A stretch of DNA of 62,879 nt, counting the filler, from Octopus bimaculoides (Eukaryota): NCBI RefSeq assembly GCF_001194135.2. It is 8 parts of 8 records of this genome, joined end to end, with 100 filler letters (N's around TTAATTAATTAA, not from the genome) between each part and the next. Parts side by side here need not be neighbours in the genome. Positions count along the whole stretch, not along the records: positions 37,780 to 42,365 come from NC_069009.1; positions 42,466 to 46,416 come from NC_069008.1; positions 46,517 to 50,548 come from NC_069000.1; positions 50,649 to 56,533 come from NC_068996.1; 4 more parts are not named here. One strand, written 5' to 3'. The notes below the pieces were generated by a model that ran no database searches, was not told where the DNA came from, and saw nothing but the letters and a program-made list of their open reading frames with translations. Below, piece after piece: positions 38,564 through 51,300 of this stretch. The position numbers and the translations under genes are program-made. Position 1 is the first letter of the stretch, and each line of letters begins with the position of its first letter.

Positions 38564-39452
38564 GTATGTGTATGTGTTCATGTGTGTGTGTATTTGTAGA
38601 TATATATGCATATGTCCATGAATTAATTCCTACATCTATTTATAGTATACGNNNNNNNNNNNNNNNNNNNNNNNNNNNNNNNNNNNNNNNNNNNNNNNNN
38701 NNNNNNNNNNNNNNNNNNNNNNNNNNNNNNNNNNNNNNNNNNNNNNNNNNNNNNNNNNNNNNNNNNNNNNNNNNNNNNNNNNNNNNNNNNNNNNNNNNNN
38801 NNNNNNNNNNNNNNNNNNNNNNNNNNNNNNNNNNNNNNNNNNNNNNNNNNNNNNNNNNNNNNNNNNNNNNNNNNNNNNNNNNNNNNNNNNNNNNNNNNNN
38901 NNNNNNNNNNNNNNNNNNNNNNNNNNNNNNNNNNNNNNNNNNNNNNNNNNNNNNNNNNNNNNNNNNNNNNNNNNNNNNNNNNNNNNNNNNNNNNNNNNNN
39001 NNNNNNNNNNNNNNNNNNNNNNNNNNNNNNNNNNNNNNNNNNNNNNNNNNNNNNNNNNNNNNNNNNNNNNNNNNNNNNNNNNNNNNNNNNNNNNNNNNNN
39101 NNNNNNNNNNNNNNNNNNNNNNNNNNNNNNNNNNNNNNNNNNNNNNNNNNNNNNNNNNNNNNNNNNNNNNNNNNNNNNNNNNNNNNNTATATATATATAT
39201 ATATATATATATTGCGATATGTGTGAGCTTGTATATAGTAGTTTTAAATAGATCTATTTTTATATGCCCGATTTACTGTGTTCAGGCCAAACTGCACTGA
39301 CATATGTTTGCATGTGCATGCATACATACATACATACATGCACGCTCACACACAGAAACACACACACACACACACACACATTTCAGAGAGAAATTCAAGT
39401 ATTGCAAAAGATAAATAGCTTATTGCGCGTTTCTGAATGTCCACACACATAC

Positions 39453-39483
<31 letters not shown>

Positions 39484-40717
39484 TGCACTTCTACACTGTA
39501 TACCAGTGTATATGTTGATATACATATATATGTACGATGTATATGTCTATATACGTGCATGTTTATATACAACTGGAATATATGAATAATGGTATGATTA
39601 TCCTGAGTTAAGGAGCATGTCCTTTTCATTATTATTATTATTATTATTATTATTGTTGTTGTTGTTCTTGCTTAGGCAGGATGCTGGCAGAATCATTAGA
39701 GCATAGGACAATATACCTTGCAGCATTTCTTCCAGCTCTTTGCATTCTGGGTTCAAATTCAACAGGGGTCACCTTCGCCTTTCATCCTTTCAAGGTCGAT
39801 AAGAAATGCACCAGTGGAGCAAGGTTGGCCAATGCAATTGATTGCAAGTTGACAATGCGAGTCAGTTCTGATATCCTTCAGTCTCTGAAGAAGCATTTGG
39901 GGTGTTGTGCCAAATGCACCCCTTACTACAGAAATAACTATCGCCTTGGTCTTCTACAATCTCTTCATGTCTCAGGTTAGGTCTTGATATTTCTCAGTCT
40001 TTTCTTTTCAATTTTTCTGGTATCAAGCTAGTTATCATATGGTATTGCATAGTCTATGATCTCACTTTTTTCTCACTTTTTTTTTGTCTCTGTAATCATA
40101 TCTTGTGGCCTTGCTCTAAAACAACACGCGGAGATGAGATATCTCTCGACAAAAATGTAAACAACACGTGAAAACGAGATGTCTCTATAAAAAAATGTGA
40201 GCACATGGATTAATCATATATGCATTCCCATTTCGACACACGCACACACTACAGTTCCTTGCTTATACGTCAACAGACGTAATGTTTATATAGTTCACAC
40301 ACAAACATGTACAAACTCTCTCACATGAACACACAGTGTTTAAACAACTTACACGAGAGAAATAATGATAAACACACAGTGTTTAAACACAGTGTTTAAA
40401 CAACTTACACGAGAGAAATAATGATAAACAAATAAAAAATGCAGCACGCTTCATTTCAAACAGAGAAAAAAAAAGCAGAAAAGTAGATATGCTCGGTAAT
40501 AAAGCTATGAAAAGTAATATAAGTTAGTTTCGATCTGTGAGCCTCAGGCAATCATGATACGAAAGGAACCTTAGCACATGACCAGAGACGGTGTTCTGTC
40601 AAAAGTTAACACTGAACAGACAGACCCATTTCTTAATGTAACTGACCAAACGGAAACAAAGCCAAGAGAGAACAATGGCCATGGTGGGAATGAAGACTTG
40701 AGAATCAAGCTTCAAGT

Positions 40718-40848
40718 TCATTTGCTGGGCGTTCCACTTGTGGCAGCAATAAGATAGTTCATTCTCTTTGATGATGAATACTGCAGGCTGGTAGCGTAAG
40801 TGTAGTCTCTGGCTGTCATATCCGTGTAGTGTTTTTGTATTACAATGT
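40718..40848 (-). CDS. Unassigned putative terminal coding exon (IVIQKHYTDMTARDYTYATSLQYSSSKRMNYLIAATSGTPSK*)
   Basis: Acceptor ttttgttag at 40849-40857, branch-like CTGAC at 40881-40885, 42 protein-like codons then TGA. Too short for the ORF track. Confidence 0.4.
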
Positions 40849-41239
40849 CTAACAAAATTTTAAATTTGTTTTTGTCTTTGGTCAGTAAGTATTATTTCTT
40901 ATTTGCTTCTATCTAGAAATCAAACGAAATTACTACTAATCCCTCCAAACTTTGCTTTTCTGACCTGGACATCAATGTTTTGAAACTGACCTATTTTCCA
41001 TTACATTTCAGACAAATTCAGTAACGAGTTGCTGAAGCAGAAATATCATTATAACAAATATTCTGCTTGTCAGTTGTTTGATCTTAATCATTTTAACGTG
41101 TCCCTTAGTAACTGACAATGTGTAGCACCATAGCCATGTTCTGAGAGAGATTCTTTGGGGTTTGAATAAATGTAGCAAACGCAATGTGTGGAGGGAATAT
41201 TAGACATTTTCATACATTCTAGGGTTAAGCAAATAGGAA

Positions 41240-41525
41240 ATAACAGTTGCTACCCAAGGACAAAAATTGTGTTACACAGTGTTATTATCGGGTGGTGTAT
41301 GGGAGTTTCTATAGTCAATAAGAACCAAGATCCTCCTAATGGGTAGCTGATATCATTTCGAAAGTTACAGGTTAGGGTGAGTATTGGCGGCTGTGTGGCT
41401 GGGTGTTTGTGTCTATTGTGGCATGCAATGTTTGAAGCGATGTTGTCTAACCAGGAATAACTGACCTTGACGTTGCGGGCGTTAGGGTGGCAAAGTTTAT
41501 AGTACTTAGGGGTTCCATAAGTAGT
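41240..41525 (-). mobile_element. Degenerate Penelope-like element fragment (different family; region preceding GIY-YIG)
   Basis: N.RNVKVSYS.LDNIAS.IA.HN ... CN.RN....PL.G pattern of PLE C-terminal regions; some Cys residues mutated. Confidence 0.65.
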
Positions 41526-42558
41526 AATCATAGATTAACACTAAATCAGGGCCAACTGAAGATAAACTCCAAGAAGACCGAAGCAGTGTTAATATTGTGA
41601 CATCAGTGTTTGAACTGGCACTGAAATTCCATACATTACTGGCAGTAAGATTTGGCTCTACGCGGCTACCGGACGTCTGGCACTGAGGGGTGGAGTGCGT
41701 CGAAGTTACGAGATTTGGAAGTTCCAGCACCCATAGCAGACGATTCTCATCTATCAGCAATATAAATGTGTCTACTTTTATGCATCATGTCTTCATATGA
41801 GAACTCCTCTCATGGTAAATAACGCAGTATTCAACGATCTAACAACACATCCACGTTAAGCTGTTGATTTTGGCATTAATACTACTTGTCATTTTTAATT
41901 ATTTTTAATAAGCCTGTTGACTACTTGCGATATCAATGTACGAACGGACATTAAGATTCAATAGATGACTGGCAGATTTTGCTGTATGCAGCTACCGGAC
42001 CTCTGCCACTGAGGAAACGGAGCACGAGAAATCACGAGAAATCACGAGAAATCACGAGAAAGGGCAGTTTCGTCGTGTGTAGCAGACGCTTCTCGTCTGC
42101 CTACGGTTCAAAATTGTGTGCTTTTATGCACCACGTTTCCAGTATGAGAGGTACTTTCAAGGTAAATAAAGGAATACCAGGTGCTCTAACAATACGTCAA
42201 CAATAAATTGGATATAAGGATCTCTTGTTGGTATTCTGCCTCTGTTGCTACTAATATGAATCGGGGGAAGGGATGCATCTGTGTGTCTGTGTCTGAGTAT
42301 ATACGTCTTAATGTATATGCATATATATATATATATACACATATATATATATATTTATATATATANNNNNNNNNNNNNNNNNNNNNNNNNNNNNNNNNNN
42401 NNNNNNNNNTTAATTAATTAANNNNNNNNNNNNNNNNNNNNNNNNNNNNNNNNNNNNNNNNNNNNATAAAATAAGTACCAATCGACTAGTACCCTCCCCC
42501 AACATTCCAGGCCTTGTGCCTATAGTAGAAAGGATTATTATCATTATTATTATTATTG

Positions 42559-43107
42559 AATGAGAGAGCAGTGCATGCCATCAAAGTGACACTGGGGTAA
42601 AATATACGAAGCCCATTATACCCATCATGTCTACCTGTTTGATAAGGGTGCAACCAGACACATGTATCACAACCATATGTGCGCGACATGGTGATCTCAT
42701 ATCAAGATAAAAAGCGCATGACCTCGCAGGTGGGGGCCCAGTTAGAATTTTCTTCAAGTTGAGTAGCCCATCCCGCTCAAAAGGTCCCTCAATAAGGATT
42801 GCTTAAGGATATTGAACAACACACCTATGTTTCCAAAGGTGACTTATCCAAACCCTAGAGAATTCCTGTCAGCACACGTCTATGATGCTCCTCCACTACT
42901 TCTGCTCGTGATCAGAGATGCACATATCGTCAGCCATTAAGAGACATGCTCAACTGATTAAGGTCAAACAACTGACAAGAAAATCTGTGGTATTGGGCGG
43001 AATATTTGCTGAAGCCCATCTTTTATGCCAAGACAACACTATGTACATGATAACACTTCCTTCCAATCAGTTAAGATCAGAAGCCATGAGAGCCACTACC
43101 TGGTATT
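42559..43107 (-). mobile_element. About 550-bp non-coding interspersed element flanked on both sides by (ATT)n
   Basis: Sharp boundaries against (ATT)n tracts; degraded opposite-orientation copy at about 41030-41190; no long ORF. Confidence 0.6.
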
Positions 43108-43119
43108 GCATGAGAGTAT

Positions 43120-43181
<62 letters not shown>

Positions 43182-43266
43182 TAATTTTAATCTGCATATT
43201 TGTTAAAATCACTTGCCGAGATACACCCAGCGTCTTAGGGCGAGTGAAGGATAAGAGATATTATTA

Positions 43267-43309
<43 letters not shown>

Positions 43310-44457
43310 CATTATTATTATTATCATTAGCGGCATTTTATCTGTCTTTACGTTCTGAGCTCAAATTCCGTCAAGGTCAGCTTTATTTTTCATCTTTTCC
43401 GGATCGATANNNNNNNNNNNNNNNNNNNNNNNNNNNNNNNNNNNNNNNNNNNNNNNNNNNNNNNNNNNNNNNNNNNNNNNNNNNNNNNNNNNNNNNNNNN
43501 NNNNNNNNNNNNNNNNNNNNNNNNNNNNNNNNNNNNNNNNNNNNNNNNNNNNNNNNNNNNNNNNNNNNNNNNNNNNNNNNNNNNNNNNNNNNNNNNNNNN
43601 NNNNNNNNNNNNNNNNNNNNNNNNNNNNNNNNNNNNNNNNNNNNNNNNNNNNNNNNNNNNNNNNNNNNNNNNNNNNNNNNNNNNNNNNNNNNNNNNNNNN
43701 NNNNNNNNNNNNNNNNNNNNNNNNNNNNNNNNNNNNNNNNNNNNNNNNNNNNNNNNNNNNNNNNNNNNNNNNNNNNNNNNNNNNNNNNNNNNNNNNNNNN
43801 NNNNNNNNNNNNNNNNNNNNNNNNNNNNNNNNNNNNNNNNNNNNNNNNNNNNNNNNNNNNNNNNNNNNNNNNNNNNNNNNNNNNNNNNNNNNNNNNNNNN
43901 NNNNNNNNNNNNNNNNNNNNNNNNNNNNNNNNNNNNNNNNNNNNNNNNNNNNNNNNNNNNNNNNNNNNNNNNNNNNNNNNNNNNNNNNNNNNNNNNNNNN
44001 NNNNNNNNNNNNNNNNNNNNNNNNNNNNNNNNNNNNNNNNNNNNNNNNNNNNNNNNNNNNNNNNNNNNNNNNNNNNNNNNNNNNNNNNNNNNNNNNNNNN
44101 NNNNNNNNNNNNNNNNNNNNNNNNNNNNNNNNNNNNNNNNNNNNNNNNNNNNNNNNNNNNNNNNNNNNNNNNNNNNNNNNNNNNNNNNNNNNNNNNNNNN
44201 NNNNNNNNNNNNNNNNNNNNNNNNNNNNNNNNNNNNNNNNNNNNNNNNNNNNNNNNNNNNNNNNNNNNNNNNNNNNNNNNNNNNNNNNNNNNNNNGTGTG
44301 TGTGTGTGTGCGTGTATGTGTGTGTGTGTGTGTGTGTGCGTGTGTGTGTGTGAACAAATTTTTCATTATGTGTATGAGGGAAGAAATGTTTGTTTTCCTC
44401 TCTTTCTCTTCGTCTTTGTCTATCTCTTTCTCTCTCCCTCTCTCTCCCTCTCTCTTC

Positions 44458-44493
<36 letters not shown>

Positions 44494-45294
44494 GTAAGTG
44501 TGTGTGTGTATGTATGTGCTTCTCTGTATGTGCTTCTCTGTATGTGCATGAGAAAAGGGAAGTGTTTGTCAATCGTGTTTAATAAGTTGTAATGTCTCTC
44601 TCTTGCTCTCTCTATCTCTATATCTCTCCCTTTTTATTTCTCTCCGTCTCCCTCTCCCTCTCTATCGAACACACACTCCATTGATTTAATGATCCTGCAT
44701 TAAGTGGCTGCAACATGCATTTGCTGATGTTGAGAAAATCTCATCTAGCTTCTCTCTTCAGACTCTCGCCTTCGGTTTTCTACAATCCTCCTTGCTTTAT
44801 ACTTGTTTGTGGTGGCATATTTTTCCCAATGTTGTAAACAAAAAATTATGAACATAGAAAGAAATTATACATTAATCCCTATTTTTGTAAGCAGTTGTAT
44901 CCGTAAAAAAGCAGAAATTGAAAGAAGAGAAAGCAAAAAGAACAGAGAAAGAAAGTGAAAGATGTATGTACGTCTATATGAGATGGATGTGTGTGTGAGA
45001 GATAAAGAGAGATAGAGTGAGTGGGTGAAGGTGTGTGTCATGATGATTGATGTCTTTTAAGGTACACACACGTATAGAAAATGTAACGTCATTGTATAAA
45101 ATTTTTACGATAGTTGATTTATAGAAAAGATTGTTAAATTTTTGAAATGCAAATATGTGAATGAAAATGAAGTTTAATTCGTAGCCAAAATAGTACTGAA
45201 TCTTTTGATACCCCATATGTCAAAATCTGTAACTCGGTTTTGGAAAGCATAAGGAATATATCAGGTCTTTTATAAGTTCTGTTAGAATTTCGAA

Positions 45295-45368
45295 TAAGGA
45301 ATAAAGAAAACAAGCATTCTTTCCCATAAACTGAGTGTATGTTTCGAGTCGCTTCAGCTGCAGAGTTT
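45295..45368 (-). mobile_element. Mariner HTH remnant (NSAAEATRNIHSVYGKECL)
   Basis: Resembles the mariner N-terminal AAEA.RNI..VYG motif; abuts an N gap. Confidence 0.45.
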
Positions 45369-46045
45369 NNNNNNNNNNNNNNNNNNNNNNNNNNNNNNNN
45401 NNNNNNNNNNNNNNNNNNNNNNNNNNNNNNNNNNNNNNNNNNNNNNNNNNNNNNNNNNNNNNNNNNNNNNNNNNNNNNNNNNNNNNNNNNNNNNNNNNNN
45501 NNNNNNNNNNNNNNNNNNNNNNNNNNNNNNNNNNNNNNNNNNNNNNNNNNNNNNNNNNNNNNNNNNNNNNNNNNNNNNNNNNNNNNNNNNNNNNNNNNNN
45601 NNNNNNNNNNNNNNNNNNNNNNNNNNNNNNNNNNNNNNNNNNNNNNNNNNNNNNNNNNNNNNNNNNNNNNNNNNNNNNNNNNNNNNNNNNNNNNNNNNNN
45701 NNNNNNNNNNNNNNNNNNNNNNNNNNNNNNNNNNNNNNNNNNNNNNNNNNNNNNNNNNNNNNNNNNNNNNNNNNNNNNNNNNNNNNNNNNNNNNNNNNNN
45801 NNNNNNNNNNNNNNNNNNNNNNNNNNNNNNNNNNNNNNNNNNNNNNNNNNNNNNNNNNNNNNNNNNNNNNNNNNNNNNNNNNNNNNNNNNNNNNNNNNNN
45901 NNNNNNNNNNNNNNNNNNNNNNNNNNNNNNNNNNNNNNNNNNNNNNNNNNNNNNNNNNNNNNNNNNNNNNNNNNNNNNNNNNNNNNNNNNNNNNNNNNNN
46001 NNNNNNNNNNNNNNNNNNNNNNNNNNNNNNNNNNNNNNNNATATA

Positions 46046-46077
<32 letters not shown>

Positions 46078-46383
46078 CAAACATAGATACATACATGTAT
46101 GTATGTATGTATGTATGTATGTATATAATAGATCAGGATTCAAATGAATTAGGCACTTAAATGAATTCTATGACCAGCAAGGGTCATAAAATCATGAAGA
46201 TGAACCTCCCGTTGGATTTTGAATGTTTTTTAATGAGGTGGTTTCAAATATTTTTCTTAATGGAAACGGTTTTTTTTTCTAATGATGTAATGTCTCCATT
46301 ACTTAAATGAAAATTCGTTGTTATTATTTATTCATATATATATATATGTGTGTGTATATATGTATACATGTATGTATATATAA

Positions 46384-46416
<33 letters not shown>

Positions 46417-47029
46417 NNNNNNNNNNNNNNNNNNNNNNNNNNNNNNNNNNNNNNNNNNNNTTAATTAATTAANNNNNNNNNNNNNNNNNNNNNNNNNNNN
46501 NNNNNNNNNNNNNNNNCCCTCGTATATATTTACATACATACATACAGACAGACAGGGAGAAAGAGAAGGGGGTTGTGGAATGCGCACGTCGAGGACTGAC
46601 CAACCGCGGGTGCTTCGCTAAGAGGAAACAAAACTACTGTTGGTTCATATAATACTTCATATCATATTACACATGTTTCAATGAGCCCAATGACCGAATT
46701 ATGCAATGCGGACCAATCTCTGATGAAGTGCGGAGCACAGAAACCTACTTGGATCGCATTGTATACTCTTTGTTCTTTCTAATTCAAGACACCGTCGAAA
46801 AGAAACCTAACCGATAATAACCGAATTCTTCCTGCTGTCTCCTGATTCTATATATAAGGATGCACATAGATTTCTAAATGCTGTTTCATATATTTCATGC
46901 AATTTAAATCGTTAAATCGTACTGTACAATTATATTACGTGTGTGTGTGAGTGTGTGTGCATAAGTCTCTACATAAAGATGTACAGCATACGAATATGTT
47001 TATCAATTTGCCTGTTTTTTTTTTCAATC

Positions 47030-47082
<53 letters not shown>

Positions 47083-48054
47083 NNNNNNNNNNNNNNNNNN
47101 NNNNNNNNNNNNNNNNNNNNNNNNNNNNNNNNNNNNNNNNNNNNNNNNNNNNNNNNNNNNNNNNNNNNNNNNNNNNNNNNNNNNNNNNNNNNNNNNNNNN
47201 NNNNNNNNNNNNNNNNNNNNNNNNNNNNNNNNNNNNNNNNNNNNNNNNNNNNNNNNNNNNNNNNNNNNNNNNNNNNNNNNNNNNNNNNNNNNNNNNNNNN
47301 NNNNNNNNNNNNNNNNNNNNNNNNNNNNNNNNNNNNNNNNNNNNNNNNNNNNNNNNNNNNNNNNNNNNNNNNNNNNNNNNNNNNNNNNNNNNNNNNNNNN
47401 NNNNNNNNNNNNNNNNNNNNNNNNNNNNNNNNNNNNNNNNNNNNNNNNNNNNNNNNNNNNNNNNNNNNNNNNNNNNNNNNNNNNNNNNNNNNNNNNNNNN
47501 NNNNNNNNNNNNNNNNNNNNNNNNNNNNNNNNNNNNNNNNNNNNNNNNNNNNNNNNNNNNNNNNNNNNNNNNNNNNNNNNNNNNNNNNNNNNNNNNNNNN
47601 NNNNNNNNNNNNNNNNNNNNNNNNNNNNNNNNNNNNNNNNNNNNNNNNNNNNNNNNNNNNNNNNNNNNNNNNNNNNNNNNNNNNNNNNNNNNNNNNNNNN
47701 NNNNNNNNNNNNNNNNNNNNNNNNNNNNNNNNNNNNNNNNNNNNNNNNNNNNNNNNNNNNNNNNNNNNNNNNNNNNNNNNNNNNNNNNNNNNNNNNNNNN
47801 NNNNNNNNNNNNNNNNNNNNNNNNNNNNNNNNNNNNNNNNNNNNNNNNNNNNNNNNNNNNNNNNNNNNNNNNNNNNNNNNNNNNNNNNNNNNNNNNNNNN
47901 NNNNNNNNNNNNNNNNNNNNNNNNNNNNNNNNNNNNNNNNNNNNNNNNNNNNNNNNNNNNNNNNNNNNNNNNNNNNNNNGTGTGTATATATATATATATG
48001 TATATATATATATAACAAATATATATATAGAGAGTGCGTGTGAGAATGTATCAG

Positions 48055-48095
<41 letters not shown>

Positions 48096-48192
48096 ATCAG
48101 TAAGGATCTCGAATGTTCTTTCTTAAATCTAGTTTTCTGACGACTGAAGATTTTCTTTGTTGCAGACACTCGCTCAGAGGCGTTTACGAACG

Positions 48193-48375
48193 TGATGATG
48201 ATGATGATGATAATGATGATGATAGTTGATGATGATGATGATGACGATGATGATGACGATGATGATTGTCATGATGATCATGACGATGGTGTTGGTGGTG
48301 ATGACGACGATGACATCCACGACCATGATTATGATGACGATGACAACAATGATGAGGACGATGATGATGATGATG
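48193..48375. repeat. (GAT/GAC)n trinucleotide tract
   Basis: Direct reading; source of the poly-D/poly-M ORFs. Confidence 0.93.
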
Positions 48376-49098
48376 TTCTTGTCGCTGTTGCTTCTTATTC
48401 TGCTTTTGTTGTTAGTATTGTTGTTTTAGCCCCAGGTAAACCCTAACTGAGCACAGCTGTGGTCAAAGGCATTCCAGCCATGACTGTCCCCTTTATTTTA
48501 ATCGAAGATTGTATACCTAAGACTACATCATAATCTAATGTATTTTAGCGGTCATTGATTGCTACGACCTTTAGTAAGAGTTTTCTTGACCGGAAGTCAC
48601 GTGTCTAATTCTTTAAAAATCTTTGCAGGCATCTAAAGAATTGGAATCGAGTCTGTGAGGCAACGATCCTCGGAGTCAATAAATGCTAACCTGGGAAACC
48701 TACAAATACGTACTCTTCAATTTGAAGAGAACTTCCTTAAAGATGGCAGGGTTCGACTTGTGGGACGTGTGGCTGCTGTTTCTTGCTGATAAAACAACGA
48801 CGTGACCGACTCTCTCAAGACGGCGAGAAGCAAACGGTGCAAGAATGAGGCGGAAGGGGAGGTAAGCAGTGTGTCGGCTGCGGCTATGACGGCGGAAAAG
48901 GCCCGGGGTTGCAGAATTGTGCCGTTGGTGTGGTGAGTGGCAGTTATGTTGCTGGTACCGTGATATAGTTATTGTGTTGTTTAACCCCAGGTTCAACTTT
49001 GATCGAATAGATCCACAGTAAAGGACATTCCATTCATGACCATCCACCCATCCATCCATCCATTCATCTTTTATGGAGTGTCTCATGGAATATTCTTA

Positions 49099-49141
<43 letters not shown>

Positions 49142-50510
49142 NNNNNNNNNNNNNNNNNNNNNNNNNNNNNNNNNNNNNNNNNNNNNNNNNNNNNNNNNNN
49201 NNNNNNNNNNNNNNNNNNNNNNNNNNNNNNNNNNNNNNNNNNNNNNNNNNNNNNNNNNNNNNNNNNNNNNNNNNNNNNNNNNNNNNNNNNNNNNNNNNNN
49301 NNNNNNNNNNNNNNNNNNNNNNNNNNNNNNNNNNNNNNNNNNNNNNNNNNNNNNNNNNNNNNNNNNNNNNNNNNNNNNNNNNNNNNNNNNNNNNNNNNNN
49401 NNNNNNNNNNNNNNNNNNNNNNNNNNNNNNNNNNNNNNNNNNNNNNNNNNNNNNNNNNNNNNNNNNNNNNNNNNNNNNNNNNNNNNNNNNNNNNNNNNNN
49501 NNNNNNNNNNNNNNNNNNNNNNNNNNNNNNNNNNNNNNNNNNNNNNNNNNNNNNNNNNNNNNNNNNNNNNNNNNNNNNNNNNNNNNNNNTATATATGTAT
49601 GTATGTATGTATGTATATATTGTGCGGTTTATCATGCTTAGCTTCATTTCAATCTTGTAATCTGCCCTCGACCCTCACAAAAATCCCCCACCCCCACCCG
49701 TCTGCCGCTCCCGCCTACATCACCACATGCGACACTTATCAGATTAGGTGAGTCTTGGCCGCCTGTTCTTATCTGATTTGTCGAGCTCGCTCTATCAAGG
49801 TGCGCATGCGTACATGCCAAGGAGGAGCCGTCGTGTTGTTTCTTGACTTCGTTTGCACGTACAAAACTGCACACACTTGACACGTGCAGCGTCTGGGAGG
49901 TGGCATGTTTGTGTGCGTGTGTGGGGGAGGGTGCTTCTGTGTGTATGTGTGTATGTGTGCGTGCATGCGTGCGTGCATGCGTGCGTGTGTGTACATACGT
50001 ACACTCATACACATAAATGTTCATATGACATAATATAGATATTATGTATATGTTTCTGTACTAACAAACGCACAAAATATACAGAAACATTCATACGTAT
50101 CTACACACAGAAACTCATGCGTGTACATACACACACACATACACGCGCACACACACACACATACCCATACATACAGACCAAGAAAGAATTTCTGCGTAGC
50201 AAATTCTTCTTAGAGTGTTTGGCAGCCACAGAAAGAGTAAAGCATTGGTTTATATAAGAGTTTCCAATTGTAAATAAGTCGAAGCGAAATCCATACACAA
50301 ATAAAATAAAAGAAAGACATACACAAACAAAATAAAATGTTACATATAAAAATTTATATATACAGGAGGGGCCTTTGGGCGAAACATGATTTTGTCGGAC
50401 TCATTGCTTTTTTATTATAAACATACACATACACACACACACACGTACGTACGTATGTATGTGTACATGCATATATGTATGATATAATACATATGCAAAA
50501 CATTACACAC

Positions 50511-50548
<38 letters not shown>

Positions 50549-50671
50549 NNNNNNNNNNNNNNNNNNNNNNNNNNNNNNNNNNNNNNNNNNNNTTAATTAA
50601 TTAANNNNNNNNNNNNNNNNNNNNNNNNNNNNNNNNNNNNNNNNNNNNTGTGTGTGTGTGTGTAGTATATA

Positions 50672-50892
50672 CACGAGGGAGTGCTGAAAATTTCCTGGCT
50701 TTCCGTAAAAGAAAATGCAGGAGGATCAGTTAATCAAGATTTTATTCAACATATTCCCTTCTCAGATTCACACACTAATTGCAGGAGTCCTTCAGTTTTT
50801 CTAAGCCCCGTAAATGAATTTAGAATGTTGGGCCTCCAACCAGGCCTTTCGCGACATCCATAAAGCCAGAAACTTTTAAGCACTCCCTCGTG
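50672..50892. mobile_element. 221-bp mariner-derived MITE with about 30-bp TIRs and TA target duplication
   Basis: TA|CACGAGGGAGTGCTGAAAATTTCCTGGCTTT ... AAAGCCAGAAACTTTTAAGCACTCCCTCGTG|TA; the interior resembles the reverse of a mariner transposase 3' end. Confidence 0.88.
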
Positions 50893-50929
50893 TATATACA
50901 TACATACATATATATATATATTCTTTTAT

Positions 50930-51300
50930 TATTTTATTCTTTTATTTGTTTCAGCCATTTGGTTGCGGCCATGCTGAAGCACCACCTATAGTGGAACAAA
51001 TCGACCCCGGGCCTTATTCTTTGTAAGCGTAGTACTTAGCCTATCGGTCTCTTTTGTCGAACGGCGTAGTTACTGGGACGTAAACACACCAACATCGGTT
51101 GTCAAGCAATGATGGGGCAAACACAGACACACAAACATGCACACACACGCACATATATGACAAGCTTCTTTCAGTTTCCATCTACCAAATCCACTCACAA
51201 ACCTATAGTAGAAGACACCTGCCCAAGGTGCCATGCAGTGGGACAGAACCTGGAACCATGTGGTTGGGAAGCAACCTTCTTAACACACAGCCACGTCTGC
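50930..51300 (-). mobile_element. tRNA-derived SINE, family A (near full-length)
   Basis: Reverse-complement match to 2212-2595, including the 3' GGTGCT.CAGCATGG segment. Confidence 0.85.

Noticed and set aside
39885-39920. CTGAAGAA followed by a GCATTTGG/CCAAATGC hairpin
   Set aside because: Lacks the GAAA core and stems I and III.
40331-40429. 43-bp tandem duplication with a partial third unit
   Set aside because: A simple local slippage duplication with no further structure.
48192-48446. Poly-Asp / poly-Met ORFs
   Set aside because: Translation of a (GAT)n microsatellite.
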